Assembly: GCA_030427445.1 (NCBI GenBank)
Contig: JAUIBQ010000003.1
Location: forward strand, 1,931 to 65,930
Direction of reading: 5' to 3'
DNA from: a bacterium
Lineage (GTDB): Bacteria > Patescibacteriota > Saccharimonadia > Saccharimonadales > SZUA-47
Length of the DNA: 64,000 nt
Within the stretch, counting starts at the first letter, position 1; every line of letters starts with the position of its first letter. A program made the position numbers and the translations under genes. Below the pieces are notes generated by a model. It ran no database searches. It saw only the letters and a program-made list of their open reading frames with translations, and was not told the DNA's origin. Positions 8,682 through 21,788 of this stretch are shown in pieces.

Positions 8682-10598
8682 ATGAATAAAAATTACGCTC
8701 CACAACAAGACCACATACGGGTTGCTGCCGCGACACCAGAAGTCAACATAAGTGATGTTGAAACAAACGTCAGTAGAATTAAACAGCTATACGAGCAAGC
8801 TGTAGAACAACATGTTACTCTTACTACCTTCCCCGAGATGTCTATCACCGGATATACGATTGGTGATCTAGTAATGCAAACCCAGCTTCTCGAAGATGCG
8901 CGCGAAGGTCTCGTTGAGCTCGCTGACCACACGAAAGATAAAAACGGTGCGATGATTGTAGGTCTGCCATTGCAGGTAAGAAATGGGCTGTACAACACCG
9001 CTGCCTTGCTTGCCGATGGAGAAGTAAAAGGAATCGTGCCAAAACTACATCTACCTACGTATCGTGAGTTTTATGAGAAACGCTGGTTTAGCGAAGGACC
9101 AGAAGAGCTTGAAGAAATTGAGGTTGGCGGTCAAACCACGACATTCGGTGCAAACCAGCTTTTTGAAGTAGCAGGTGCAGTTGTGGGTATAGAGATATGT
9201 GAAGATTTGTGGGTAGCGGACCAGAGAAACATACCACTCGTAACAAATGGAGCTGACATCATCGCCAACCCTTCTGCTTCTCCAGAAATCGCGACAAAAG
9301 GTGCATACCGTCGTGATCTCGTATCATTAACTGCCGGTAGAATCGCCGCTGGATATATCTACTCTGGAGCTGATCCAAGTGAATCAACAAGTGATATCGT
9401 CATGAGTGGTCACGCGCTTGTAAACGAGTTAGGTCGTCCGCTTGCAGAGCGCAAACCGTTCGATTTTAAAGCAGATCGGCTGACCATTGCTGACATTGAC
9501 CTCGGACATATTCGCTACCAACGAAGATTAGACAGCAACTTCCCTCAAGAAAGAAATTTTGCCACGCAAACGACTGAAGTCACCCGCACACAAGACACAC
9601 TGCAAAAAACAATTGACCCAGATGTGTTCATCCCGAAAGGCACGAGTGAAGAAGTCGCTGAGCGGCTTGAGGAAATCTTAACTATCCAAGCAGCTGGACT
9701 TAAAAAGCGCCTAGAGCACATCGGAGCTGAGCGAGTTATACTAGGCCTCTCAGGCGGGCTTGACTCTACACTTGCCCTACTGGTTGCTCTCAAGACAGCT
9801 CAGCTTATGGACAAACAGCCTGGCGACATCATAAAAACGCTTACCATGCCTGGTATGGCCAGTAGCGATCGCACTCAGAGCAACGCAACACGACTTGCCA
9901 ATAGTCTAGGCATCCCAAACGAAGAAATCCCTATCAGCTTCCTCGCGCAACATCAGCTTGAAGCCATCGGCCACGACACGCAAACACAAGATGTAACGTA
10001 CGAAAACACGCAAGCGCGACTTCGCACCAGCTTGCTGTTCAACAAGGGAAACAAAGAAAAAGGTATCGTGCTAGGCACGGGTGACTTGAGCGAAATCGCA
10101 ATCGGCTGGAGCACATACAATGGTGACCATATGTCAGGATACAACGTAAATGGGTCTATACCTAAAACACTCGTGCGACATCTTGTGGCTCATGGTCGAG
10201 ACACACTCGTCGATAACCAAGTGGCATATGAAATCTTGAGCGACGTACTGGATACGCCTATTTCTCCTGAGCTCACCAATGAAGTTGATGGTAATATCTC
10301 TCAGCATACTGAAGATATCATCGGACCTTACGAGCTTCACGATTTCTTCCTCTATTACCAAAATAGATGGGGTGATGCGCCCGCAAAAATTGCTTATCTA
10401 GCAAAGGCTGCGTTTGGTGAAAAATACGAAGCTGAGGAAATCGAAAAGTGGCTAGGAGTATTCACGACTCGCTACTACGGTAACCAATGGAAGCGCAACG
10501 CAATGCCAGACGGACCAAAAGTCGACACAGTCTCAATGAGCCCAAGGGGCGATTTACGGATGCCGGCAGATGCAACTCTCCCACAAAGCATGCTATAG
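8682..10598 (+). CDS. nadE: Glutamine-dependent NAD+ synthetase
   Basis: Nitrilase domain (FPE, K, EICEDLW) plus LGLSGGLDSTL, ENTQAR, GTGDLSE, KR..PDGPK; RBS AGGAG. Confidence 0.97.
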   Translation: MNKNYAPQQDHIRVAAATPEVNISDVETNVSRIKQLYEQAVEQHVTLTTFPEMSITGYTIGDLVMQTQLLEDAREGLVELADHTKDKNGAMIVGLPLQVRNGLYNTAALLADGEVKGIVPKLHLPTYREFYEKRWFSEGPEELEEIEVGGQTTTFGANQLFEVAGAVVGIEICEDLWVADQRNIPLVTNGADIIANPSASPEIATKGAYRRDLVSLTAGRIAAGYIYSGADPSESTSDIVMSGHALVNELGRPLAERKPFDFKADRLTIADIDLGHIRYQRRLDSNFPQERNFATQTTEVTRTQDTLQKTIDPDVFIPKGTSEEVAERLEEILTIQAAGLKKRLEHIGAERVILGLSGGLDSTLALLVALKTAQLMDKQPGDIIKTLTMPGMASSDRTQSNATRLANSLGIPNEEIPISFLAQHQLEAIGHDTQTQDVTYENTQARLRTSLLFNKGNKEKGIVLGTGDLSEIAIGWSTYNGDHMSGYNVNGSIPKTLVRHLVAHGRDTLVDNQVAYEILSDVLDTPISPELTNEVDGNISQHTEDIIGPYELHDFFLYYQNRWGDAPAKIAYLAKAAFGEKYEAEEIEKWLGVFTTRYYGNQWKRNAMPDGPKVDTVSMSPRGDLRMPADATLPQSML

Positions 10599-10605
10599 TG
10601 ACACT

Positions 10606-11280
10606 ATGTACGAAACCGAGTATGTTCCACCTACAGTAACTGTCGACGGTGTGATATTTCAAATCATTGACGGCGTACTGTATGTCGCATTGATTAAGCG
10701 TAGCGCTGAACCGTTTAAGGATAGCTGGGCTCTACCTGGAGGCTACAACGCCGCAGGTGAGACGACGCTTGAAGCACTTGAGCGCATCGTGAAACGTAAA
10801 GCTGGTATATCTATCAAAAAACAGACAAAGTTTGCTGAACAGCTATTTACGTTTGACACCGTAGCACGAGATCCACGAGGCCATGCGGTATCAGTAACCT
10901 ATATGGCTTGCGGGCTCGATATTTCTCCGCAGAACTCGTCAGAGCAAACACAGTTTTTCCCTGTAGATAACTTGCCAAAACTTGCGTATGACCACAAAGA
11001 TATCATTACGTACGCTCATGAACGACTTATTTCAAAGCTAAGCTACACAAATGTAGTTTACTCATTGTTGCCAGAGAAGTTCACGATGACAGCACTGCAG
11101 ACAGCCTACGAAGCAGTGTTCCAGCGGGAGCTAGATAAGAGAAACTTCCGGAAGAAGTTTGCACAACTCGACTTAATTAAAGAAACAGACGAGATGTTTA
11201 AAGAAGGTGCACACCGCCCTGCTCGGCTTTACACGTTTAAACAAAATACGCTCCAAACGCTTGTCAGGAGCTTTGACTAG
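10606..11280 (+). CDS. nrtR: NrtR transcriptional regulator (Nudix + winged HTH)
   Basis: VTVDGVIF, WALPGG, EQLFTF...RDPR, LAYDH, LLPEKFT, DKRNFRK, HRPARLY; Nudix box lacks its glutamates. Confidence 0.92.
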   Translation: MYETEYVPPTVTVDGVIFQIIDGVLYVALIKRSAEPFKDSWALPGGYNAAGETTLEALERIVKRKAGISIKKQTKFAEQLFTFDTVARDPRGHAVSVTYMACGLDISPQNSSEQTQFFPVDNLPKLAYDHKDIITYAHERLISKLSYTNVVYSLLPEKFTMTALQTAYEAVFQRELDKRNFRKKFAQLDLIKETDEMFKEGAHRPARLYTFKQNTLQTLVRSFD

Positions 11281-12244
11281 CAATTAACTGAGCGAAGGCT
11301 TTTCCAGCTGTAACTAATCTTTCACTCTGCTGAAGCTGAGTGATGTCAACTCCAGGATCTTCATCAGGATGCTCACATACCCACATACCTGCGATTAATG
11401 CCGCTGTACTGTCAGTATCCCCGCCTTCAGCTATAACTGCATCGATAAGCTCGTTGAATGGCGCACCTCTATTTCTGTCATAAGTCGCATATGCTACTGC
11501 TTGCACACACCACGATGCGAAAGACTCTTCAATATCATCATAGACATCATTTCCTAAATCGTGAGAGCGAATAGCCCGTGCAATTTTGCTATGTAGTGTC
11601 GATACTTCGTCAAAACGTTTCGTATGAGCTTCAGAAGCATACCAAGCGATATTTGACAGTAGCCTGTCATCATCACCCTTTATCAGTGTACGTAATATAT
11701 CTGCATGTGTTCTCGCATGAGCCATGCTCTGAAAATTACAGTGTGTGAGAGTTGTTGAATCATACACTGCGTGTAATCCGATATCTCTAGCGTCTGTACT
11801 GTTCGGGTTATGCTCATTAAAAATAACTAGTGGAGTCAGCCTCATAAGCGGTCCACAACCCATGGATTCTTCTTCACCTAGCCTAGCAAGATCACGCTTT
11901 GACATCGTTTCATCTACTTTTTCAATTGCTCGTTTCGTCGCACCACCCCAACCAGCATCCGACGTATCCATTTCAGTTCGTAGCCTATGTGCAAGATTCA
12001 TTAAGTTGAAACTTCTCGCAGTTGCAAGACTCTCCATCATCGCAAGTGTGTGCTGGGTGTCATCACTCCACGTGCCGACAGGCATACCTTGAAAATCAGG
12101 GAAATCTGGAGAGTGTACATCTGGTGCAATAAGCTCTGAAACCACGCCACCCAATTCCTCTATTTGCTGCTTTGTCTTTGCCTCATACGGTAAACCCTTT
12201 GCGTCTGCATATGCAGTTGTTGTTGCCAGATGATCATACTTCAT
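11264..12244 (-). CDS. ADP-ribosylglycohydrolase (DraG/ARH family)
   Basis: DAKGLPYE, GTWSDDTQ, GCGPLMR, TH, GGDTDSTAA metal-binding motifs. Confidence 0.88.
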   Translation of the reverse strand: MKYDHLATTTAYADAKGLPYEAKTKQQIEELGGVVSELIAPDVHSPDFPDFQGMPVGTWSDDTQHTLAMMESLATARSFNLMNLAHRLRTEMDTSDAGWGGATKRAIEKVDETMSKRDLARLGEEESMGCGPLMRLTPLVIFNEHNPNSTDARDIGLHAVYDSTTLTHCNFQSMAHARTHADILRTLIKGDDDRLLSNIAWYASEAHTKRFDEVSTLHSKIARAIRSHDLGNDVYDDIEESFASWCVQAVAYATYDRNRGAPFNELIDAVIAEGGDTDSTAALIAGMWVCEHPDEDPGVDITQLQQSERLVTAGKAFAQLIASQSS

Positions 12245-13116
12245 GCTGCCGTCTCCTCTCGAGTTAATGGTGGGCTTAGTTTTAATCTTTCACTAATATC
12301 TATGACATTAAGCAGTCGCTTCTCGTTGATATTCGTCCATTGCCCACCATTTGGAGATTGTTCAAGCTTCGGTGCCGTAATCATTCTCTCTTGTTTAACT
12401 AAATCTATATCATAAGGGTACACCATCCTCATCCAAGATAAATACTCTCGTACATCATTTGGGTTTTCGGGGTTACGCCTTGTGTACTCGATAATTGAAC
12501 AGTTTTTCATGTCTTGTGACTTATCGTTATCAAGTGCTACCAACTCTTCAGGAAGCATTCGCTCGATTAAATAACGATTTACAGATATAAATTCACCATG
12601 AGCAACAACGAGTACGCTCCCATCAGATACATCTCGGTGATACGTACCAAACGTATCACGTGCTCGCATCTGTACATCCGACAAGCTCTCAGCCCCATTC
12701 AACCCAGCGTAGAATGGGTTATTTTCTTGTGCGGTTACTGCAAACGGGAATTTTATTTTCCGTTCATCATACGGCGTCGCACCATACTCACCCCAATCGC
12801 GCTCACGAAAGCGATCATCGATATACCAATCTATCTTCGCTAGTCCACAAATATGTAATGCTGTCTCAGAAGCGCGCTGAAATGTAGATGCGTACCTCCT
12901 ATCAAAATCTTCAATCGGCATGATATTTTCACGAATCCACCTCCCCGCCATCTTTGCTTGCACGATACCCATAACTGAAAGTCGTTGCTCCCAGTCTGGT
13001 CGTGCATAGACTTCGTCATGATTTGGATGAATCTCGCCTTCTCGTTCTGCTTTATGTACGAGGTTCGCTTCAGACTCACCATGTCTCACGAATACTAATC
13101 TCTCTGGCATACTCAT
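12241..13116 (-). CDS. Histidine phosphatase superfamily protein
   Basis: VRHGESEAN, STFQRA, RERDWG, VAHG; 4 nt overlap with the ARH gene. Confidence 0.9.
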   Translation of the reverse strand: MSMPERLVFVRHGESEANLVHKAEREGEIHPNHDEVYARPDWEQRLSVMGIVQAKMAGRWIRENIMPIEDFDRRYASTFQRASETALHICGLAKIDWYIDDRFRERDWGEYGATPYDERKIKFPFAVTAQENNPFYAGLNGAESLSDVQMRARDTFGTYHRDVSDGSVLVVAHGEFISVNRYLIERMLPEELVALDNDKSQDMKNCSIIEYTRRNPENPNDVREYLSWMRMVYPYDIDLVKQERMITAPKLEQSPNGGQWTNINEKRLLNVIDISERLKLSPPLTREETAA

Positions 13117-13150
13117 GATTTTTACTCCTTACATCCAATAAAATTTATAA

Positions 13151-13213
13151 TTAGTGTTGACATTACACTAAGTAAGATATACCATATACTTGTTATTGTC
13201 AATATGACACTAA
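13151..13213. promoter_or_regulatory. Bidirectional promoter with two NrtR-type operators
   Basis: TTAGTGTTGACATTACACTAA (13151-13171) and TTATTGTCAATATGACACTAA (13193-13213); + strand TTGACA-N17-TACCAT, - strand TTGACA-N17-TATCTT. Confidence 0.85.
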
Positions 13214-13231
13214 GTAATAAGGAGGTTTGTC

Positions 13232-13900
13232 ATGAACAATAGAAAAAACACAGCACTAGGAATCATCGATGCGCAGAGAGGGTTTATGCCTGCTGCTGAA
13301 GGTGAGCGACTCGGTTTAGATGGGTTTGGTGAGCTGCCCGTACCAGATGGAGATACCGTGGTCTCCGCCCTTCAACCACTTATTCGTACACTGATGTCTG
13401 ATGAAACAGCAGTCGTCTTCACCACTCAAGATTGGCACCCAAATGGTACAGCTCACTTCGACGAGCAACCAAACTTTAGAACTACGTGGCCAACTCACTG
13501 TGAGCAAGACACCGACGGTGCAAAACTTCATCCCCACCTTGAAGGCGTGACAGCAAATGCCTTTTATAAAGGTGATGAGGTGCTTGCTAGAGGAGAGGAT
13601 GACACAAGTTATAGCGGATTTAACGCTAGAAGTTTTGAGGACGACACTGCCCTTCCTGAATTCCTGGAGAATAAAGATGTCCGTACGTTAATAGTCGCGG
13701 GGCTAGCATTAGATTACTGCGCTAAAGCAACTGCAATCGATTTCAAAACGAAAACGAACATGGACGTCGTGGTACTGACAGATGCGACAAAACCCGTTGC
13801 AGAAGAAACTGGCAAACTCGCTGTTGCAGAAATGCTTGAGCTTGGCATCCGATTCATGACCGTCGAAGAAGTCATCCAAGAGCTAGAAATGGAGGGTTGA
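13232..13900 (+). CDS. pncA: Nicotinamidase
   Basis: IDAQRGF, TQDWH, H, WPTHC, KG, SYSGF, GLALDYC; RBS AAGGAGG. Confidence 0.94.
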   Translation: MNNRKNTALGIIDAQRGFMPAAEGERLGLDGFGELPVPDGDTVVSALQPLIRTLMSDETAVVFTTQDWHPNGTAHFDEQPNFRTTWPTHCEQDTDGAKLHPHLEGVTANAFYKGDEVLARGEDDTSYSGFNARSFEDDTALPEFLENKDVRTLIVAGLALDYCAKATAIDFKTKTNMDVVVLTDATKPVAEETGKLAVAEMLELGIRFMTVEEVIQELEMEG

Positions 13901-13901
13901 G

Positions 13902-15164
13902 ATGGAAACGCTAGCTCAACAAAACGAACAAACACCTACGATTAGTACAGGGCTCGACTACTACAAGCCAACAATGAGTCAGGTTCAGTTTCTTAAACAC
14001 CCAAACGCCGATGTCTCTTTCACCTTAAAAAACAGGGGTAAAAACCGTCTTGCAGATCATGTTGATGTAGATGAGCTGACTACGAGGCTCGGTGAATTTG
14101 CACTTGGATGGCAAGATGTCGAAGTTGAATACCTTGCAACTCATGAACGACGGGACGGACAGCCTTTATTTGATGCCTGCTTCCTTGACTACTTGCGAGA
14201 AAATCAGCTTCCGCCAGTTGATGTACGCGTCGACGATGAGACGGATGACATCTCAGTAGAAACAACCGGCAAATGGCCACTTGTCACATTTTGGGAAACT
14301 GTCGTTATGAGCGAAATTAATGAACTATACTTTGAAGACTACATTGCGAGGAACGGCATAGACAAAGAAGAGCTGTTTGTTGAAGGCAATCGTCGACTAA
14401 CTGAGAAAATTGAACTTCTAAAATCACGCCCTGATATAAAATTTGCTGAGTTTGGTACACGACGGCGATTTAGCAGAGAGTGGCAGCGACACGTAGTTGA
14501 GCGGCTAAAGAACGAGTGTCCAGACAATCTTATCGGTACATCAAATGTAGCATTAGCCCAAGAGTTTGATCTCATGCCTATCGGAACTTACGCTCATGAG
14601 ATGCCAATGGTCTACGGAGCACTTGCTCAAAATGAAGACTACAGCCCGTTAGCCGGGCATGCATGGATGATGCGCGACTGGGAAGAAGTCTATGGAGACA
14701 ACCTATCAACTGCACTAACCGATACATACACTGATAACTTTTTCTTCGCTGAATTCACAGAAGAACAAGCAAAGCACTGGGCCGGCCTTCGACATGATTC
14801 TGGAGATCCTATCGCATTCGGTGAGAGAGTTATCGACTTTTACCACAGTCAGGGCATTGATCCAACAGAAAAGACAATCGTTTTCAGCGATGGACTTGAT
14901 ATGGAGACAATCCTCGAGATTGCTGATCATTTCAAAGACCAAGTGAACATCATATTCGGCTGGGGCACCACACTGACAAATGATTTAGGCTTAAAACCAA
15001 ACAACATCGTCATGAAAGCCACAGAAGCTGACGGCACTGGGACGGTGAAACTAAGCAACGAACCCGGTAAACACACTGGGGCCCCTGAAAATGTAGCAAG
15101 ATATCAGTTAGACGTCGAATATCGTAAACAAGCTCCAAAAAAGAAAGAACGGGTCGCAGTATGA
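13902..15164 (+). CDS. pncB: Nicotinate phosphoribosyltransferase
   Basis: DYYKPTM, EFGTRRRFS, GTSN, GTYAHE, LTDT, RHDSGDP, VFSDGL, FGWGT, VKLS. Confidence 0.95.
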   Translation: METLAQQNEQTPTISTGLDYYKPTMSQVQFLKHPNADVSFTLKNRGKNRLADHVDVDELTTRLGEFALGWQDVEVEYLATHERRDGQPLFDACFLDYLRENQLPPVDVRVDDETDDISVETTGKWPLVTFWETVVMSEINELYFEDYIARNGIDKEELFVEGNRRLTEKIELLKSRPDIKFAEFGTRRRFSREWQRHVVERLKNECPDNLIGTSNVALAQEFDLMPIGTYAHEMPMVYGALAQNEDYSPLAGHAWMMRDWEEVYGDNLSTALTDTYTDNFFFAEFTEEQAKHWAGLRHDSGDPIAFGERVIDFYHSQGIDPTEKTIVFSDGLDMETILEIADHFKDQVNIIFGWGTTLTNDLGLKPNNIVMKATEADGTGTVKLSNEPGKHTGAPENVARYQLDVEYRKQAPKKKERVAV

Positions 15165-15871
15165 AAGAGAAACTAACTGAGCGACGTGAAGCAATGAGAG
15201 AACATTGCCTCGAGATAATCGAACAGTCGTTAGCTGATTTCGACCCGTACGAAACAGAGCGATACAGTGGAGATGCGTCTACTGTTCCTGACGGGCCTTG
15301 GAACGTAGGGTCAAAGGAACCAATCTCGCCAAAAATAAAAGACAACTTAAGTGACTATGGGTGCCATTTTGATGATGAGTGTAAGCCAATTCACCCGTGG
15401 ATAGATGGTCTTTTAAAAACTACTGGAGTGGCTACAGGGACCGGACAATACTGGAACTGGGGGCCAAACTACACAGCTGACCCTATCGTCATCGCTAACT
15501 TAGATGATCCGCAGCTATTGCTAATAAAAAGAAGGAATAATCTCAAATGGGCTTTGCCGGGTGGATTTCTCGAACATGGTGATGATGCCGAAATGACAGC
15601 TCGAAAGGAAGCAAAACAAGAAAGCGACCTAACTCTTCCAGTGTACGAAGGGCTGGTTGTTTACGATGGGATAGTTGCTGATGAGCGAACAACTGCTCAT
15701 GCGTGGGCTCACACAACTGCCCTGCTCTGGATATTGGATGAAACTGTTGACGTAGTAGGGGGTGATGATGCTCTCGATGCTCAATGGTTCGATGTCAAGG
15801 AGCTCCCTAAACCACTCCATGGCTCTCACCAAAAACTAATTGAATTTGCGCTGCAGGATATAGGACTATGA
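15161..15871 (+). CDS. NUDT9-like Nudix hydrolase (probable ADP-ribose pyrophosphatase)
   Basis: GTGQYWNWGPNYTADPIV resembles the NUDT9 GRG..G.WGPNHAADP motif; WALPGG, VY.G..D.R.T..AW, GDDA. Confidence 0.8.
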   Translation: MKEKLTERREAMREHCLEIIEQSLADFDPYETERYSGDASTVPDGPWNVGSKEPISPKIKDNLSDYGCHFDDECKPIHPWIDGLLKTTGVATGTGQYWNWGPNYTADPIVIANLDDPQLLLIKRRNNLKWALPGGFLEHGDDAEMTARKEAKQESDLTLPVYEGLVVYDGIVADERTTAHAWAHTTALLWILDETVDVVGGDDALDAQWFDVKELPKPLHGSHQKLIEFALQDIGL

Positions 15872-16809
15872 TCGAGCGACTGCCTAATCACCAACAAGCG
15901 TTCCTGGCCAATCGCTATCCAGAATTATCTGAACACCCTGATGACTCTGGTGGGCATATGGCCTACCATCGTTTGCTCTTGGCTCATCCTGAGTCTGATG
16001 AATCAGTATTCATCAAAGCTCACGACCCATCACTTCTTAGAGAAAAGTGGAGACAAGCGGAGATGTTGGCTTTCCTAGAAAAAGAAGCAAGAGTGTATGA
16101 ACATCTGAGGGGTCACCAGTTTTCTCGTATTCCTGAGTATATTGAATTTGATGAAAACATACTCGCATTGAGCGGGATGAGTGTCTCAAATGGCTGGTAT
16201 TGGCGAGCTCCGGCTGATGAACTGATGCAAGCCCACTACGTCCAAGATGTACTTACAGCTCTAGATGAACTCGAGCCACTTACGCCTCATACGCCTGAAG
16301 CAGGAGACGAAATCTCCATCGATATTTTCTATAATAACGGATGGGATATCCTCCGCAACACAGACGCAGACGAACTCGTTGAAACAAATATTGCACGCTG
16401 GGGCAAGGATCTACACCCAGAGACGGCACCACTGGCTCGGAGTCTCGTTGCGAACATTTCAGACTTCTCATTAAAACGAGCTGGAGTCATACCTACTGCA
16501 TTCAATCATCATGATGCGCGTCAAGCAAATATCGCTTGGCATCCCGAACACGGAGCTAAAATCGTCGATTGGTCATGGGCAGATGCTGGACTAAGTGGTG
16601 GCGACAAAACAATGTTCCTACTCGATCTTCATAAGTCAGATATAGATGTAACACCCTACATTGGTTACATAAATATTGACTATGCGAAGCTGGTGTTAGG
16701 CTATTGGCTCGCCCGTAGCAACACCCAGCACATGGAAGGTAACCATCAAGTCCGTATGCAACAATTTATCAGTGCAGTAAAAGCAAGTGAGTTGCTAGCT
16801 CAGTTTTAA
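15868..16809 (+). CDS. APH/choline-kinase-fold phosphotransferase
   Basis: VFIK, KEARVY, HHDARQANI, IVDW; ATGA coupling to the Nudix gene. Confidence 0.82.
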   Translation: MIERLPNHQQAFLANRYPELSEHPDDSGGHMAYHRLLLAHPESDESVFIKAHDPSLLREKWRQAEMLAFLEKEARVYEHLRGHQFSRIPEYIEFDENILALSGMSVSNGWYWRAPADELMQAHYVQDVLTALDELEPLTPHTPEAGDEISIDIFYNNGWDILRNTDADELVETNIARWGKDLHPETAPLARSLVANISDFSLKRAGVIPTAFNHHDARQANIAWHPEHGAKIVDWSWADAGLSGGDKTMFLLDLHKSDIDVTPYIGYINIDYAKLVLGYWLARSNTQHMEGNHQVRMQQFISAVKASELLAQF

Positions 16810-17346
16810 ACTTTTCAAAAATTTAGCAATTTGGTCAAACGGCTTCACTTTTTTATAGTAGACTTCAAATTCTTCTTCTGTCATTTCAGCCATAGTTTTT
16901 TCTGAACCATTTGGTTGAAACACCGAGTTCCACCCAAAGTCGCTCTCCCCTCGTGGTGATTCCACTATCACGCCCTTGAGAGATGACTCAAAAACCTTCA
17001 ATGTTTTTCCGTCATAGTATGCAATAGCTGCTCCAGCAGTCGCGGATTTATCTTCATAATTCTTTACCAAATTACACAATCCTGACGGGCCTAATTCTTC
17101 CAAAAAGAATTTTATGAATGGCCCTGGTAATTTACCGAGTGCATGAAAAGTCAGTCTCGTATCCTCAACAATCACAGGAACTTTCAAGTTTCTATATGCT
17201 GCCCTGACCTTATGCTCAACGATTTCAGTGAGATCCAAGCTTTGTATCTCATCCACATCAGCTTTCTTGTGTGGGATGTCTATCCCCACCATTTTCGAAA
17301 AGTATTTTGCTTTATTAGCATTTCCTGTGACGTAAACTACATTCAT
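16795..17346 (-). CDS. rdgB: Non-canonical purine NTP pyrophosphatase (HAM1/RdgB/ITPA family)
   Basis: VTGNANK, EIQ, VEDT, LPGPFIK, FGWN..F.P, TMAEM; the terminal SHR motif is not evident. Confidence 0.82.
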   Translation of the reverse strand: MNVVYVTGNANKAKYFSKMVGIDIPHKKADVDEIQSLDLTEIVEHKVRAAYRNLKVPVIVEDTRLTFHALGKLPGPFIKFFLEELGPSGLCNLVKNYEDKSATAGAAIAYYDGKTLKVFESSLKGVIVESPRGESDFGWNSVFQPNGSEKTMAEMTEEEFEVYYKKVKPFDQIAKFLKSLKLS

Positions 17347-17351
17347 ACTAT

Positions 17352-20899
<3,548 letters not shown>

Positions 20900-20903
<4 letters not shown>

Positions 20904-21775
20904 AGCTTTCCGCCCATTTCACGCAGTCTAGCAATTCTCTCTTCAGTTGGTGGATGCGTACTGAAAAGTTTTCCGAAATTTTTTGCGCTCAATGGATTTG
21001 CGAAGAACAAGTGCGCAGAAGCGCTACTTACCTTTTTAACTCGTGGATTACCTGCAGATATTTTCTGCAATGCACTTGCGAGCCCATCTGGGTATCTGGT
21101 CGTCATCGCACCAGTTGCATCAGCTAAAAATTCTCGTTGGCGCGACACCGCTGCTTGGATAACACTTGCTATCAACGGAGCCAAGATAGCAGCAGCTATA
21201 CCCAAGAAGGCAAACAGTCCTGAGCGATTATCGTTGTCGCGGCTTGAAAATAGCGTAGAGCGGATAAAAATATCTGAAAGTAGCGACACAGCAATGACCA
21301 GGCCAAATACCACCATACTCACTCGTATATCATAGTTTTTGACATGTCCGAGCTCGTGCGCCATAACGCCTTCAAGTTCGTTTTTATCAAGTGTATCGAG
21401 CAAACCTTGAGTTATCGCAACATGTGCGTGATTCGGATCACGACCAGTTGCAAATGCATTTAGTGCAGTGTCATTGATGACATACACTTTTGGCATCGGT
21501 AAACCCATGGTAATTGATAGATTTTCAACCACCCTCCAGAGAGTTGGGTTATCAGATTTCTGAATTTCTTTCGCACCACTAAAACCCAGTGCTGCTTTTG
21601 CTGCACCAAAATAGCTAAACAAAGCATAGACTACTGAGCCGATTAATGCTCCGATCGTGATCGACCAGTTGTCCCAGTAGAGTCCAGCGACATATGACAA
21701 CGCACCTATCAACAGCAAAAACGATACTAACAAAAGTATCGTTTTACGCTTGTTCTGAGCTATTGCTGAGTACAC
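20900..21775 (-). CDS. htpX: HtpX zinc metalloprotease (M48)
   Basis: NAFATG, AHELGH, SRQREFLAD, FSTHPPTEERI; follows lemA. Confidence 0.95.
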
Positions 21776-21788
21776 GTTTTTAAGTCCC

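Noticed and set aside
13902..15164. pncB as a NARP1 Namat or NAMPT enzyme
   Set aside because: Motifs fit a proteobacterial-type PncB (GTYAHE, RHDSGDP), and pncA/nadD/nadE indicate the deamidating route; no Adps/Prs-like partner is present.
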